DNA of 64,000 bases. Origin: the human T2T-CHM13v2.0 reference genome, Homo sapiens. Of this stretch, positions 39,248 through 53,520 are shown one piece after another (the first letter of the stretch is position 1; each line of letters starts with the position of its first letter). A program made the position numbers and the translations under genes. Location: assembly GCF_009914755.1 (NCBI RefSeq), contig NC_060930.1. The stretch is one strand, 5' to 3'. Below the pieces are notes generated by a model. That model had not been told where the DNA came from and searched no databases. It was given only the letters and a program-made list of their open reading frames with translations.

Positions 39248-42200
39248 GCCCACAGTAGAAAAGGAAATAACTTCACCTAAAACCTAGACAGAAGCAATCT
39301 CAGAAACTACTTTGTGATGTGTACATTCAACTCACAGAGTGGAACTTTCCTCTTTATAGAGCAGTGTTGAAACACTCTTTTTGTAGAAACTGCAAGTGGA
39401 TATTTGGACCTCTTTGAGGCCTTCGTTGGAAACGGGATTTCTTCCTATAACCCTAGACAGAAGAATTTTCAGAAACCTCATTGTGATGTGTGCGTTCATC
39501 TCACAGAGTGGAGTCTTCCGTTTGATAGAGAAGTTTTGAAACCCTGTTCTTGTAGGATTTCCAAGTGGATATTTAGACCACTTTGAAGCCTATGATAGAA
39601 AAGGAAACATCTTCATGGAAAACATAGATAGAATCATCCTCAGAAACAACTTTGTGATGTGTGCGTTGAACTCACCGTCTTTAACCTTTCTTTTGGTAGA
39701 GAAGTTTTGAAACACTCTCTTTGTAAAGTCTACAAGTGGATATTTTGAGCCCTTGGAGGCATTCTTTGGAAAAGGGAATGTCTTCACATAAAAGGCAGAC
39801 GGAAGTGTTCTCAGAAACTGCTTTGTGATGTCTGTGTTCAACTCACAGAGTTTAACATTTCCTTTGATAGAGCGGTTTAGTAACCCTCTCTTTGTAGAAT
39901 TTGGAAGTGTATACTAAGAGCGCTTTGAGGCCTATGGTAGAAAAGGAAATATCTTTCCATAAAAGCTAGACAGAAGCAATCTCAGAAACTCCTCTGTGAT
40001 GTCTGCATTCAACTCACCGAGTGGAACATTCCTCTTGAGAGAGCAGTTTGGAAACACTCTTTCTGTAGAATCAGCTTGTTTGTATTTGGACCTCCTTGAG
40101 GCCTTCGTTGGAAACGGGTTTTCATCTTATAAACCCAGACAGAAGAATTCTCAGAGTCTTCTTTGTGATGTGTGCTTTCAACTCACCGAGATAAAGATTT
40201 CTCTTGATAGAGCAATTTGGAAACACTCTTTTTGTAGAATTTGCAAGGGTACATTGAGAGCGCTTTCAGGCCTATGGTAGAAAAGGGAATATCTTTCCAT
40301 AAAAGGTAGACAGAAGCAATCTCAGAAACTACTTTGTGATGTGTGCATTCAACTCACCGAGTGCAACGTTCCTCTTGACCGAGCAGTTTGGAAACATTGT
40401 TTCTGTAGAATCTGCAAGTGGATATTTGGACCTCTTTGAGGCCTTCGTTGGAAACGGGATTTCTTCCTATAAACCCAGACAGAAGAATTCTCAGAGACTT
40501 CTTTGTGATGTGTGAATTCAACTCACAGTGTGGATCCTTCCTTTTGATAGAGCAGTTTTGAAACCCTGTTTTTGTAGTATTTCCAAGCGGATATTTGGAA
40601 CGCCTTGAAGCGTATGGTAGAAAAGGAAATATCTTCCCATAAAACCTAGACAGAACCAATCTCAGAAACGACTTTGTGATGTCTGCATTCAAGTCACAGA
40701 GTTGAACATTTCTCTTGATAGAGCAGTTTTGAAACCCTCTTTCTGAAGGATCTGCAAGTGGATATTTGGAACTCCTTTGGGTCTTCGTTGGAAACGGGAT
40801 TTCTTCGTATAAATCTAGACAGAAGAATTCTCCGAAACTTCTTTGGTTGTGTGCATTCAAGTCACAGAGTGGAACCTTCCTTTGGATAGAGCAGTTTGAA
40901 ACGCCGTGGTTGTAGTATTTCCAAGCGGATATTAGAGCGCCTTGAGGCCTATGGTAGAAAAGGAAATATCTTCCCATAAAACCTAGACGGAAGCAATCTC
41001 AGAAACTACTGTGTGATGGCTGCATTCCACACACACGGTGGAACATTTCTCTTGATAGAGCAGTTTTGAAACACTCTTTCTGTAGAATCTGCAAGTGGAT
41101 AATTGGACCGCCTTGAGGCCTTCGTTGGAAACGGGATTTCTTCATGTTACTCTAGATAGAAGAATTCTCAAACACTGCTATGTGATGTTTGCATTCAAGT
41201 CACAGAGTGCAACATTCCTCTTGGTAGAGCAGTTGGGAAACACTCCTTTTGTAGAATCTGCAATGGGATATTTGGACTTCTTTGAGGCCTTCGTTGGAAA
41301 CGGGATTTCTTCGTATGAATCTAGACAGAAGAATTCTCAGAAACTTCCTTGTGATGTGTGCATTCAACTCAGCGAGTGGCACCTTCCTTTGGATACAGCA
41401 GTTTTGAAACACTGTTTTTGTAGTATTTCCAAGCGGATATTTAGAGCGCCTTGAAGCCTATGCTAGAAATGGAAATATCTCCCCATAAAACCAAGACAGA
41501 AGCAATCTCAGAAACTAATGTGTGATGGCTGCATTCCACACACACGGTGGACCATTTCTCTTGATAGAGCAGTTTTGAAACACTCTTTCTGTAGAATCTG
41601 CAAGTGGATAATTGGACCTCCTAGAGGCCTTCGTTGGAAACGGGATTTCTTCATCTAAACCTACAGAGAAGAATTCTCAGTAACTTCTTCGGATGTGTGC
41701 ATTCGACGCACAGAATGGAACATTCCCTTTGATAGAGCAGTTTTGAGACACCGTTTTTGTAGAATTCCCAAGTGGATATTTAGAGCACTTTGAAGTCTCT
41801 GCTAGAAAAGGAAACATCTTCATGTAAAAAGTAGATAGAATCGTTCTCAGAAAGTGCTTAGTGACGTGTGCGTTCAACTCACAGAGTTTAACGTTTCTTT
41901 TGATAGAGCGTTTCTGAAACACCCTTCTTGTAGTAGCTGCAAGTGGATATTTGGACCTATTGGAGGCCTTCTTTGGAAATGGGATTTCTTCATGTAACTC
42001 TAGATTGAAGAGTTCTCAGAAACTCCTTTGTGATGTGTGCATTCAATTCAAAGAGTGAAACCTCCCTTTTCACAGAGCAGTTTTGAAACACTGTTTTTGT
42101 AGGATTTCCAAGGGGATATTTATAGCGCATTGAGCCTACGGCGGAAAAAGAAACATCTTCCTATAAAAACTAGACAGAATACTTCTCAGAATCTGCTTTG

Positions 42201-42304
42201 CGATGTGTGCGTTCAACTCACAGAGTAAAACTTTTCTTTTGATAGAGCAGTTTTGAAACACTCTTTTTGTAGTATTTGCATGTGTATATTTAGAGCGCAT
42301 TGAA
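39248..42304 (+). repeat. HOR U15: 18-mer, 3,057 bp
   Basis: Spacing 39404->42461. Confidence 0.93.
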
Positions 42305-45300
42305 GCCCACAGTAGAAAAGGAAGTAACTTCACCTAAAACCTAGACAGAAGCAATCACAGAAACTACTTTGTGATGTGTACATTCAACTCACAGAGTGGA
42401 ACTTTCCTCTTTATAGAGCAGTGTTGAAACACTCTTTTTGTAGAAACTGCAAGTGGATATTTGGACCTCTTTGAGGCCTTCGTTGGAAACGGGATTTCTT
42501 CCTATAACCCTAGACAGAAGAATTTTCAGAAACCTCATTGTGATGTGTGCGTTCATCTCACAGAGTGGAGTCTTCCGTTTGATAGAGAAGTTTTGAAACC
42601 CTGTTCTTGTAGGATTTCCAAGTGGATATTTAGACCACTTTGAAGCCTATGATAGAAAAGGAAACATCTTCATGGAAAACATAGATAGAATCATCCTCAG
42701 AAACAACTTTGTGATGTGTGCGTTGAACTCACCGTCTTTAACCTTTCTTTTGGTAGAGAAGTTTTGAAACACTCTCTTTGTAAAGTCTACAAGTGGATAT
42801 TTTGAGCCCTTGGAGGCATTCTTTGGAAAAGGGAATGTCTTCACATAAAAGGCAGACGGAAGTGTTCTCAGAAACTGCTTTGTGATGTCTGTGTTCAACT
42901 CACAGAGTTTAACATTTCCTTTGATAGAGCGGTTTAGTAACCCTCTCTTTGTAGAATTTGGAAGTGTATACTAAGAGCGCTTTGAGGCCTATGGTAGAAA
43001 AGGAAATATCTTTCCATAAAAGCTAGACAGAAGCAATCTCAGAAACTCCTCTGTGATGTCTGCATTCAACTCACCGAGTGGAACATTCCTCTTGAGAGAG
43101 CAGTTTGGAAACACTCTTTCTGTAGAATCAGCTTGTTTGTATTTGGACCTCCTTGAGGCCTTCGTTGGAAACGGGTTTTCATCTTATAAACCCAGACAGA
43201 AGAATTCTCAGAGTCTTCTTTGTGATGTGTGCTTTCAACTCACCGATATAAAGATTTCTCTTGATAGAGCAATTTGGAAACACTCTTTTTGTAGAATTTG
43301 CAAGGGTACATTGAGAGCGCTTTCAGGCCTATGGTAGAAAAGGGAATATCTTTCCATAAAAGGTAGACAGAAGCAATCTCAGAAACTACTTTGTGATGTG
43401 TGCATTCAACTCACCGAGTGCAACGTTCCTCTTGACCGAGCAGTTTGGAAACATTGTTTCTGTAGAATCTGCAAGTGGATATTTGGACCTCTTTGAGGCC
43501 TTCGTTGGAAACGGGATTTCTTCCTATAAACCCAGACAGAAGAATTCTCAGAGACTTCTTTGTGATGTGTGAATTCAACTCACAGTGTGGATCCTTCCTT
43601 TTGATAGAGCAGTTTTGAAACCCTGTTTTTGTAGTATTTCCAAGCGGATATTTGGAACGCCTTGAAGCGTATGGTAGAAAAGGAAATATCTTCCCATAAA
43701 ACCTAGACAGAACCAATCTCAGAAACGACTTTGTGATGTCTGCATTCAAGTCACAGAGTTGAACATTTCTCTTGATAGAGCAGTTTTGAAACCCTCTTTC
43801 TGAAGGATCTGCAAGTGGATATTTGGAACTCCTTTGGGTCTTCGTTGGAAACGGGATTTCTTCGTATAAATCTAGACAGAAGAATTCTCCGAAACTTCTT
43901 TGGTTGTGTGCATTCAAGTCACAGAGTGGAACCTTCCTTTGGATAGAGCAGTTTGAAACGCCGTGGTTGTAGTATTTCCAAGCGGATATTAGAGCGCCTT
44001 GAGGCCTATGGTAGAAAAGGAAATATCTTCCCATAAAACCTAGACGGAAGCAATCTCAGAAACTACTGTGTGATGGCTGCATTCCACACACACGGTGGAA
44101 CATTTCTCTTGATAGAGCAGTTTTGAAACACTCTTTCTGTAGAATCTGCAAGTGGATAATTGGACCGCCTTGAGGCCTTCGTTGGAAACGGGATTTCTTC
44201 ATGTTACTCTAGATAGAAGAATTCTCAAACACTGCTATGTGATGTTTGCATTCAAGTCACAGAGTGCAACATTCCTCTTGGTAGAACAGTTGGGAAACAC
44301 TCCTTTTGTAGAATCTGCAATGGGATATTTGGACTTCTTTGAGGCCTTCGTTGGAAACGGGATTTCTTCGTATGAATCTAGACAGAAGAATTCTCAGAAA
44401 CTTCCTTGTGATGTGTGCATTCAACTCAGCGAGTGGCACCTTCCTTTGGATACAGCAGTTTTGAAACACTGTTTTTGTAGTATTTCCAAGCGGATATTTA
44501 GAGCGCCTTGAAGCCTATGCTAGAAATGGAAATATCTCCCCATAAAACCAAGACGGAAGCAATCTCAGAAACTAATGTGTGATGGCTGCATTCCACACAC
44601 ACGGTGGACCATTTCTCTTGATAGAGCAGTTTTGAAACACTCTTTCTGTAGAATCTGCAAGTGGATAATTGGACCTCCTAGAGGCCTTCGTTGGAAACGG
44701 GATTTCTTCATCTAAACCTACAGAGAAGAATTCTCAGTAACTTCTTCGGATGTGTGCATTCGACTCACAGAATGGAACATTCCCTTTGATAGAGCAGTTT
44801 TGAGACACCGTTTTTGTAGAATTCCCAAGTGGATATTTAGAGCACTTTGAAGTCTCTGCTAGAAAAGGAAACATCTTCATGTAAAAAGTAGATAGAATCG
44901 TTCTCAGAAAGTGCTTAGTGACGTGTGCGTTCAACTCACAGAGTTTAACGTTTCTTTTGATAGAGCGTTTCTGAAACACCCTTCTTGTAGTAGCTGCAAG
45001 TGGATATTTGGACCTATTGGAGGCCTTCTTTGGAAATGGGATTTCTTCATGTAACTCTAGATTGAAGAGTTCTCAGAAACTCCTTTGTGATGTGTGCATT
45101 CAATTCAAAGAGTGAAACCTCCCTTTTCACAGAGCAGTTTTGAAACACTGTTTTTGTAGGATTTCCAAGGGGATATTTATAGCGCATTGAGCCTACGGCG
45201 GAAAAAGAAACATCTTCCTATAAAAACTAGACAGAATACTTCTCAGAATCTGCTTTGCGATGTGTGCGTTCAACTCACAGAGTAAAACTTTTCTTTTGAT

Positions 45301-45361
45301 AGAGCAGTTTTGAAACACTCTTTTTGTAGTATTTGCATGTGTATATTTAGAGCGCATTGAA
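42305..45361 (+). repeat. HOR U16: 18-mer, 3,057 bp
   Basis: Spacing 42461->45518; G>A at 44286. Confidence 0.93.
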
Positions 45362-47912
45362 GCCCACAGTAGAAAAGGAAATAACTTCACCTAAAACCTA
45401 GACAGAAGCAATCACAGAAACTACTTTGTGATGTGTACATTCAACTCACAGAGTGGAACTTTCCTCTTTATAGAGCAGTGTTGAAACACTCTTTTTGTAG
45501 AAACTGCAAGTGGATATTTGGACCTCTTTGAGGCCTTCGTTGGAAACGGGATTTCTTCCTATAACCCTAGACAGAAGAATTTTCAGAAACCTCATTGTGA
45601 TGTGTGCGTTCATCTCACAGAGTGGAGTCTTCCGTTTGATAGAGAAGTTTTGAAACCCTGTTCTTGTAGGATTTCCAAGTGGATATTTAGACCACTTTGA
45701 AGCCTATGATAGAAAAGGAAACATCTTCATGGAAAACATAGATAGAATCATCCTCAGAAACAACTTTGTGATGTGTGCGTTGAACTCACCGTCTTTAACC
45801 TTTCTTTTGGTAGAGAAGTTTTGAAACACTCTCTTTGTAAAGTCTACAAGTGGATATTTTGAGCCCTTGGAGGCATTCTTTGGAAAAGGGAATGTCTTCA
45901 CATAAAAGGCAGACGGAAGTGTTCTCAGAAACTGCTTTGTGATGTCTGTGTTCAACTCACAGAGTTTAACATTTCCTTTGATAGAGCGGTTTAGTAACCC
46001 TCTCTTTGTAGAATTTGGAAGTGTATACTAAGAGCGCTTTGAGGCCTATGGTAGAAAAGGAAATATCTTTCCATAAAAGCTAGACAGAAGCAATCTCAGA
46101 AACTCCTCTGTGATGTCTGCATTCAACTCACCGAGTGGAACATTCCTCTTGAGAGAGCAGTTTGGAAACACTCTTTCTGTAGAATCAGCTTGTTTGTATT
46201 TGGACCTCCTTGAGGCCTTCGTTGGAAACGGGTTTTCATCTTATAAACCCAGACAGAAGAATTCTCAGAGTCTTCTTTGTGATGTGTGCTTTCAACTCAC
46301 CGAGATAAAGATTTCTCTTGATAGAGCAATTTGGAAACACTCTTTTTGTAGAATTTGCAAGGGTACATTGAGAGCGTTTTCAGGACTATGGTAGAAAAGG
46401 GAATATCTTTCCATAAAAGGTAGACAGAAGCAATCTCAGAAACTACTTTGTGATGTGTGCATTCAACTCACCGAGTGCAACGTTCCTCTTGACCGAGCAG
46501 TTTGGAAACATTGTTTCTGTAGAATCTGCAAGTGGATATTTGGACCTCTTTGAGGCCTTCGTTGGAAACGGGATTTCTTCCTATAAACCCAGACAGAAGA
46601 ATTCTCAGAGACTTCTTTGTGATGTGTGAATTCAACTCACAGTGTGGATCCTTCCTTTTGATAGAGCAGTTTTGAAACCCTGTTTTTGTAGTATTTCCAA
46701 GCGGATATTTGGAACGCCTTGAAGCGTATGGTAGAAAAGGAAATATCTTCCCATAAAACCTAGACAGAACCAATCTCAGAAACGACTTTGTGATGTCTGC
46801 ATTCAAGTCACAGAGTTGAACATTTCTCTTGATAGAGCAGTTTTGAAACCCTCTTTCTGAAGGATCTGCAAGTGGATATTTGGAACTCCTTTGGGTCTTC
46901 GTTGGAAACGGGATTTCTTCGTATAAATCTAGACAGAAGAATTCTCAGAAACTTCCTTGTGATGTGTGCATTCAACTCAGCGAGTGGCACCTTCCTTTGG
47001 ATACAGCAGTTTTGAAACACTGTTTTTGTAGTATTTCCAAGCGGATATTTAGAGCGCCTTGAAGCCTATGCTAGAAATGGAAATATCTCCCCATAAAACC
47101 AAGACGGAAGCAATCTCAGAAACTAATGTGTGATGGCTGCATTCCACACACACGGTGGACCATTTCTCTTGATAGAGCAGTTTTGAAACACTCTTTCTGT
47201 AGAATCTGCAAGTGGATAATTGGACCTCCTAGAGGCCTTCGTTGGAAACGGGATTTCTTCATCTAAACCTACAGAGAAGTATTCTCAGTAACTTCTTCGG
47301 ATGTGTGCATTCGACGCACAGAATGGAACATTCCCTTTGATAGAGCAGTTTTGAGACACCGTTTTTGTAGAATTCCCAAGTGGATATTTAGAGCACTTTG
47401 AAGTCTCTGCTAGAAAAGGAAACATCTTCATGTAAAAAGTAGATAGAATCGTTCTCAGAAAGTGCTTAGTGTCGTGTGCGTTCAACTCACAGAGTTTAAC
47501 GTTTCTTTTGATAGAGCGTTTCTGAAACACCCTTCTTGTAGTAGCTGCAAGTGGATATTTGGACCTATTGGAGGCCTTCTTTGGAAATGGGATTTCTTCA
47601 TGTAACTCTAGATTGAAGAATTCTCAGAAACTCCTTTGTGATGTGTGCATTCAATTCAAAGAGTGAAACCTCTCTTTTCACAGAGCAGTTTTGAAACACT
47701 GTTTTTGTAGGATTTCCAAGGGGATATTTATAGCGCATTGAGCCTACGGCGGAAAAAGAAACATCTTCCTATAAAAACTAGACAGAATACTTCTCAGAAT
47801 CTGCTTTGCGATGTGTGCGTTCAACTCACAGAGTAAAACTTTTCTTTTGATAGAGCAGTTTTGAAACACTCTTTTTGTAGTATTTGCATGTGTATATTTA
47901 GAGCGCATTGAA
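45362..47912 (+). repeat. HOR U17: 15-mer, 2,551 bp
   Basis: Spacing 45518->48069. Confidence 0.93.
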
Positions 47913-50463
47913 GCCCACAGTAGAAAAGGAAATAACTTCACCTAAAACCTAGACAGAAGCAATCACAGAAACTACTTTGTGATGTGTACATTCAACTCAC
48001 AGAGTGGAACTTTCCTCTTTATAGAGCAGTGTTGAAACACTCTTTTTGTAGAAACTGCAAGTGGATATTTGGACCTCTTTGAGGCCTTCGTTGGAAACGG
48101 GATTTCTTCCTATAACCCTAGACAGAAGAATTTTCAGAAACCTCATTGTGATGTGTGCGTTCATCTCACAGAGTGGAGTCTTCCGTTTGATAGAGAAGTT
48201 TTGAAACCCTGTTCTTGTAGGATTTCCAAGTGGATATTTAGACCACTTTGAAGCCTATGATAGAAAAGGAAACATCTTCATGGAAAACATAGATAGAATC
48301 ATCCTCAGAAACAACTTTGTGATGTGTGCGTTGAACTCACCGTCTTTAACCTTTCTTTTGGTAGAGAAGTTTTGAAACACTCTCTTTGTAAAGTCTACAA
48401 GTGGATATTTTGAGCCCTTGGAGGCATTCTTTGGAAAAGGGAATGTCTTCACATAAAAGGCAGACGGAAGTGTTCTCAGAAACTGCTTTGTGATGTCTGT
48501 GTTCAACTCACAGAGTTTAACATTTCCTTTGATAGAGCGGTTTAGTAACCCTCTCTTTGTAGAATTTGGAAGTGTATACTAAGAGCGCTTTGAGGCCTAT
48601 GGTAGAAAAGGAAATATCTTTCCATAAAAGCTAGACAGAAGCAATCTCAGAAACTCCTCTGTGATGTCTGCATTCAACTCACCGAGTGGAACATTCCTCT
48701 TGAGAGAGCAGTTTGGAAACACTCTTTCTGTAGAATCAGCTTGTTTGTATTTGGACCTCCTTGAGGCCTTCGTTGGAAACGGGTTTTCATCTTATAAACC
48801 CAGACAGAAGAATTCTCAGAGTCTTCTTTGTGATGTGTGCTTTCAACTCACCGAGATAAAGATTTCTCTTGATAGAGCAATTTGGAAACACTCTTTTTGT
48901 AGAATTTGCAAGGGTACATTGAGAGCGCTTTCAGGCCTATGGTAGAAAAGGGAATATCTTTCCATAAAAGGTAGACAGAAGCAATCTCAGAAACTACTTT
49001 GTGATGTGTGCATTCAACTCACCGAGTGCAACGTTCCTCTTGACCGAGCAGTTTGGAAACATTGTTTCTGTAGAATCTGCAAGTGGATATTTGGACCTCT
49101 TTGAGGCCTTCGTTGGAAACGGGATTTCTTCCTATAAACCCAGACAGAAGAATTCTCAGAGACTTCTTTGTGATGTGTGAATTCAACTCACAGTGTGGAT
49201 CCTTCCTTTTGATAGAGCAGTTTTGAAACCCTGTTTTTGTAGTATTTCCAAGCGGATATTTGGAACGCCTTGAAGCGTATGGTAGAAAAGGAAATATCTT
49301 CCCATAAAACCTAGACAGAACCAATCTCAGAAACGACTTTGTGATGTCTGCATTCAAGTCACAGAGTTGAACATTTCTCTTGATAGAGCAGTTTTGAAAC
49401 CCTCTTTCTGAAGGATCTGCAAGTGGATATTTGGAACTCCTTTGGGTCTTCGTTGGAAACGGGATTTCTTCGTATAAATCTAGACAGAAGAATTCTCAGA
49501 AACTTCCTTGTGATGTGTGCATTCAACTCAGCGAGTGGCACCTTCCTTTGGATACAGCAGTTTTGAAACACTGTTTTTGTAGTATTTCCAAGCGGATATT
49601 TAGAGCGCCTTGAAGCCTATGCTAGAAATGGAAATATCTCCCCATAAAACCAAGACGGAAGCAATCTCAGAAACTAATGTGTGATGGCTGCATTCCACAC
49701 ACACGGTGGACCATTTCTCTTGATAGAGCAGTTTTGAAACACTCTTTCTGTAGAATCTGCAAGTGGATAATTGGACCTCCTAGAGGCCTTCGTTGGAAAC
49801 GGGATTTCTTCATCTAAACCTACAGAGAAGTATTCTCAGTAACTTCTTCGGATGTGTGCATTCGACGCACAGAATGGAACATTCCCTTTGATAGAGCAGT
49901 TTTGAGACACCGTTTTTGTAGAATTCCCAAGTGGATATTTAGAGCACTTTGAAGTCTCTGCTAGAAAAGGAAACATCTTCATGTAAAAAGTAGATAGAAT
50001 CGTTCTCAGAAAGTGCTTAGTGTCGTGTGCGTTCAACTCACAGAGTTTAACGTTTCTTTTGATAGAGCGTTTCTGAAACACCCTTCTTGTAGTAGCTGCA
50101 AGTGGATATTTGGACCTATTGGAGGCCTTCTTTGGAAATGGGATTTCTTCATGTAACTCTAGATTGAAGAATTCTCAGAAACTCCTTTGTGATGTGTGCA
50201 TTCAATTCAAAGAGTGAAACCTCTCTTTTCACAGAGCAGTTTTGAAACACTGTTTTTGTAGGATTTCCAAGGGGATATTTATAGCGCATTGAGCCTACGG
50301 CGGAAAAAGAAACATCTTCCTATAAAAACTAGACAGAATACTTCTCAGAATCTGCTTTGCGATGTGTGCGTTCAACTCACAGAGTAAAACTTTTCTTTTG
50401 ATAGAGCAGTTTTGAAACACTCTTTTTGTAGTATTTGCATGTGTATATTTAGAGCGCATTGAA
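47913..50463 (+). repeat. HOR U18: 15-mer, 2,551 bp
   Basis: Spacing 48069->50620. Confidence 0.93.
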
Positions 50464-53400
50464 GCCCACAGTAGAAAAGGAAATAACTTCACCTAAAACC
50501 TAGACAGAAGCAATCTCAGAAACTACTTTGTGATGTGTACATTCAACTCACAGAGTGGAACTTTCCTCTTTATAGAGCAGTGTTGAAACACTCTTTTTGT
50601 AGAAACTGCAAGTGGATATTTGGACCTCTTTGAGGCCTTCGTTGGAAACGGGATTTCTTCCTATAACCCTAGACAGAAGAATTTTCAGAAACCTCATTGT
50701 GATGTGTGCGTTCATCTCACAGAGTGGAGTCTTCCGTTTGATAGAGAAGTTTTGAAACCCTGTTCTTGTAGGATTTCCAAGTGGATATTTAGACCACTTT
50801 GAAGCCTATGATAGAAAAGGAAACATCTTCATGGAAAACATAGATAGAATCATCCTCAGAAACAACTTTGTGATGTGTGCGTTGAACTCACCGTCTTTAA
50901 CCTTTCTTTTGGTAGAGAAGTTTTGAAACACTCTCTTTGTAAAGTCTACAAGTGGATATTTTGAGCCCTTGGAGGCATTCTTTGGAAAAGGGAATGTCTT
51001 CACATAAAAGGCAGACGGAAGTGTTCTCAGAAACTGCTTTGTGATGTCTGTGTTCAACTCACAGAGTTTAACATTTCCTTTGATAGAGCGGTTTAGTAAC
51101 CCTCTCTTTGTAGAATTTGGAAGTGTATACTAAGAGCGCTTTGAGGCCTATGGTAGAAAAGGAAATATCTTTCCATAAAAGCTAGACAGAAGCAATCTCA
51201 GAAACTCCTCTGTGATGTCTGCATTCAACTCACCGAGTGGAACATTCCTCTTGAGAGAGCAGTTTGGAAACACTCTTTCTGTAGAATCAGCTTGTTTGTA
51301 TTTGGACCTCCTTGAGGCCTTCGTTGGAAACGGGTTTTCATCTTATAAACCCAGACAGAAGAATTCTCAGAGTCTTCTTTGTGATGTGTGCTTTCAACTC
51401 ACCGAGATAAAGATTTCTCTTGATAGAGCAATTTGGAAACACTCTTTTTGTAGAATTTGCAAGGGTACATTGAGAGCGCTTTCAGGCCTATGGTAGAAAA
51501 GGGAATATCTTTCCATAAAAGGTAGACAGAAGCAATCTCAGAAACTACTTTGTGATGTGTGCATTCAACTCACCGAGTGCAACGTTCCTCTTGACCGAGC
51601 AGTTTGGAAACATTGTTTCTGTAGAATCTGCAAGTGGATATTTGGACCTCTTTGAGGCCTTCGTTGGAAACGGGATTTCTTCCTATAAACCCAGACAGAA
51701 GAATTCTCAGAGACTTCTTTGTGATGTGTGAATTCAACTCACAGTGTGGATCCTTCCTTTTGATAGAGCAGTTTTGAAACCCTGTTTTTGTAGTATTTCC
51801 AAGCGGATATTTGGAACGCCTTGAAGCGTATGGTAGAAAAGGAAATATCTTCCCATAAAACCTAGACAGAACCAATCTCAGAAACGACTTTGTGATGTCT
51901 GCATTCAAGTCACAGAGTTGAACATTTCTCTTGATAGAGCAGTTTTGAAACCCTCTTTCTGAAGGATCTGCAAGTGGATATTTGGAACTCCTTTGGGTCT
52001 TCGTTGGAAACGGGATTTCTTCGTATAAATCTAGACAGAAGAATTCTCCGAAACTTCTTTGGTTGTGTGCATTCAAGTCACAGAGTGGAACCTTCCTTTG
52101 GATAGAGCAGTTTGAAACGCCGTGGTTGTAGTATTTCCAAGCGGATATTAGAGCGCCTTGAGGCCTATGGTAGAAAAGGAAATATCTTCCCATAAAACCT
52201 AGACGGAAGCAATCTCAGAAACTACTGTGTGATGGCTGCATTCCACACACACGGTGGAACATTTCTCTTGATAGAGCAGTTTTGAAACACTCTTTCTGTA
52301 GAATCTGCAAGTGGATAATTGGACCGCCTTGAGGCCTTCGTTGGAAACGGGATTTCTTCATGTTACTCTAGATAGAAGAATTCTCAAACACTGCTATGTG
52401 ATGTTTGCATTCAAGTCACAGAGTGCAACATTCCTCTTGGTAGAGCAGTTGGGAAACACTCCTTTTGTAGAATCTGCAATGGGATATTTGGACTTCTTTG
52501 AGGCCTTCGTTGGAAACGGGATTTCTTCGTATGAATCTAGACAGAAGAATTCTCAGAAACTTCCTTGTGATGTGTGCATTCAACTCAGCGAGTGGCACCT
52601 TCCTTTGGATACAGCAGTTTTGAAACACTGTTTTTGTAGTATTTCCAAGCGGATATTTAGAGCGCCTTGAAGCCTATGCTAGAAATGGAAATATCTCCCC
52701 ATAAAACCAAGACAGAAGCAATCTCAGAAACTAATGTGTGATGGCTGCATTCCACACACACGGTGGACCATTTCTCTTGATAGAGCAGTTTTGAAACACT
52801 CTTTCTGTAGAATCTGCAAGTGGATAATTGGACCTCCTAGAGGCCTTCGTTGGAAACGGGATTTCTTCATCTAAACCTACAGAGAAGAATTCTCAGTAAC
52901 TTCTTCGGATGTGTGCATTCGACGCACAGAATGGAACATTCCCTTTGATAGAGCAGTTTTGAGACACCGTTTTTGTAGAATTCCCAAGTGGATATTTAGA
53001 GCACTTTGAAGTCTCTGCTAGAAAAGGAAACATCTTCATGTAAAAAGTAGATAGAATCGTTCTCAGAAAGTGCTTAGTGACGTGTGCGTTCAACTCACAG
53101 AGTTTAACGTTTCTTTTGATAGAGCGTTTCTGAAACACCCTTCTTGTAGTAGCTGCAAGTGGATATTTGGACCTATTGGAGGCCTTCTTTGGAAATGGGA
53201 TTTCTTCATGTAACTCTAGATTGAAGAGTTCTCAGAAACTCCTTTGTGATGTGTGCATTCAATTCAAAGAGTGAAACCTCCCTTTTCACAGAGCAGTTTT
53301 GAAACACTGTTTTTGTAGGATTTCCAAGGGGATATTTATAGCGCATTGAGCCTACGGCGGAAAAAGAAACATCTTCCTATAAAAACTAGACAGAATACTT

Positions 53401-53520
53401 CTCAGAATCTGCTTTGCGATGTGTGCGTTCAACTCACAGAGTAAAACTTTTCTTTTGATAGAGCAGTTTTGAAACACTCTTTTTGTAGTATTTGCATGTG
53501 TATATTTAGAGCGCATTGAA
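50464..53520 (+). repeat. HOR U19: 18-mer, 3,057 bp
   Basis: Spacing 50620->53677. Confidence 0.93.

Noticed and set aside
8661-53520. Apparent universal ~11.2-kb (66-monomer) period, since 22,428 is about 2 x 11,214
   Set aside because: U8-U11 (15,15,18,18) differs in order and markers from U4-U7 (18,15,15,18). The near-equality is arithmetic from equal composition, not a true repeat.
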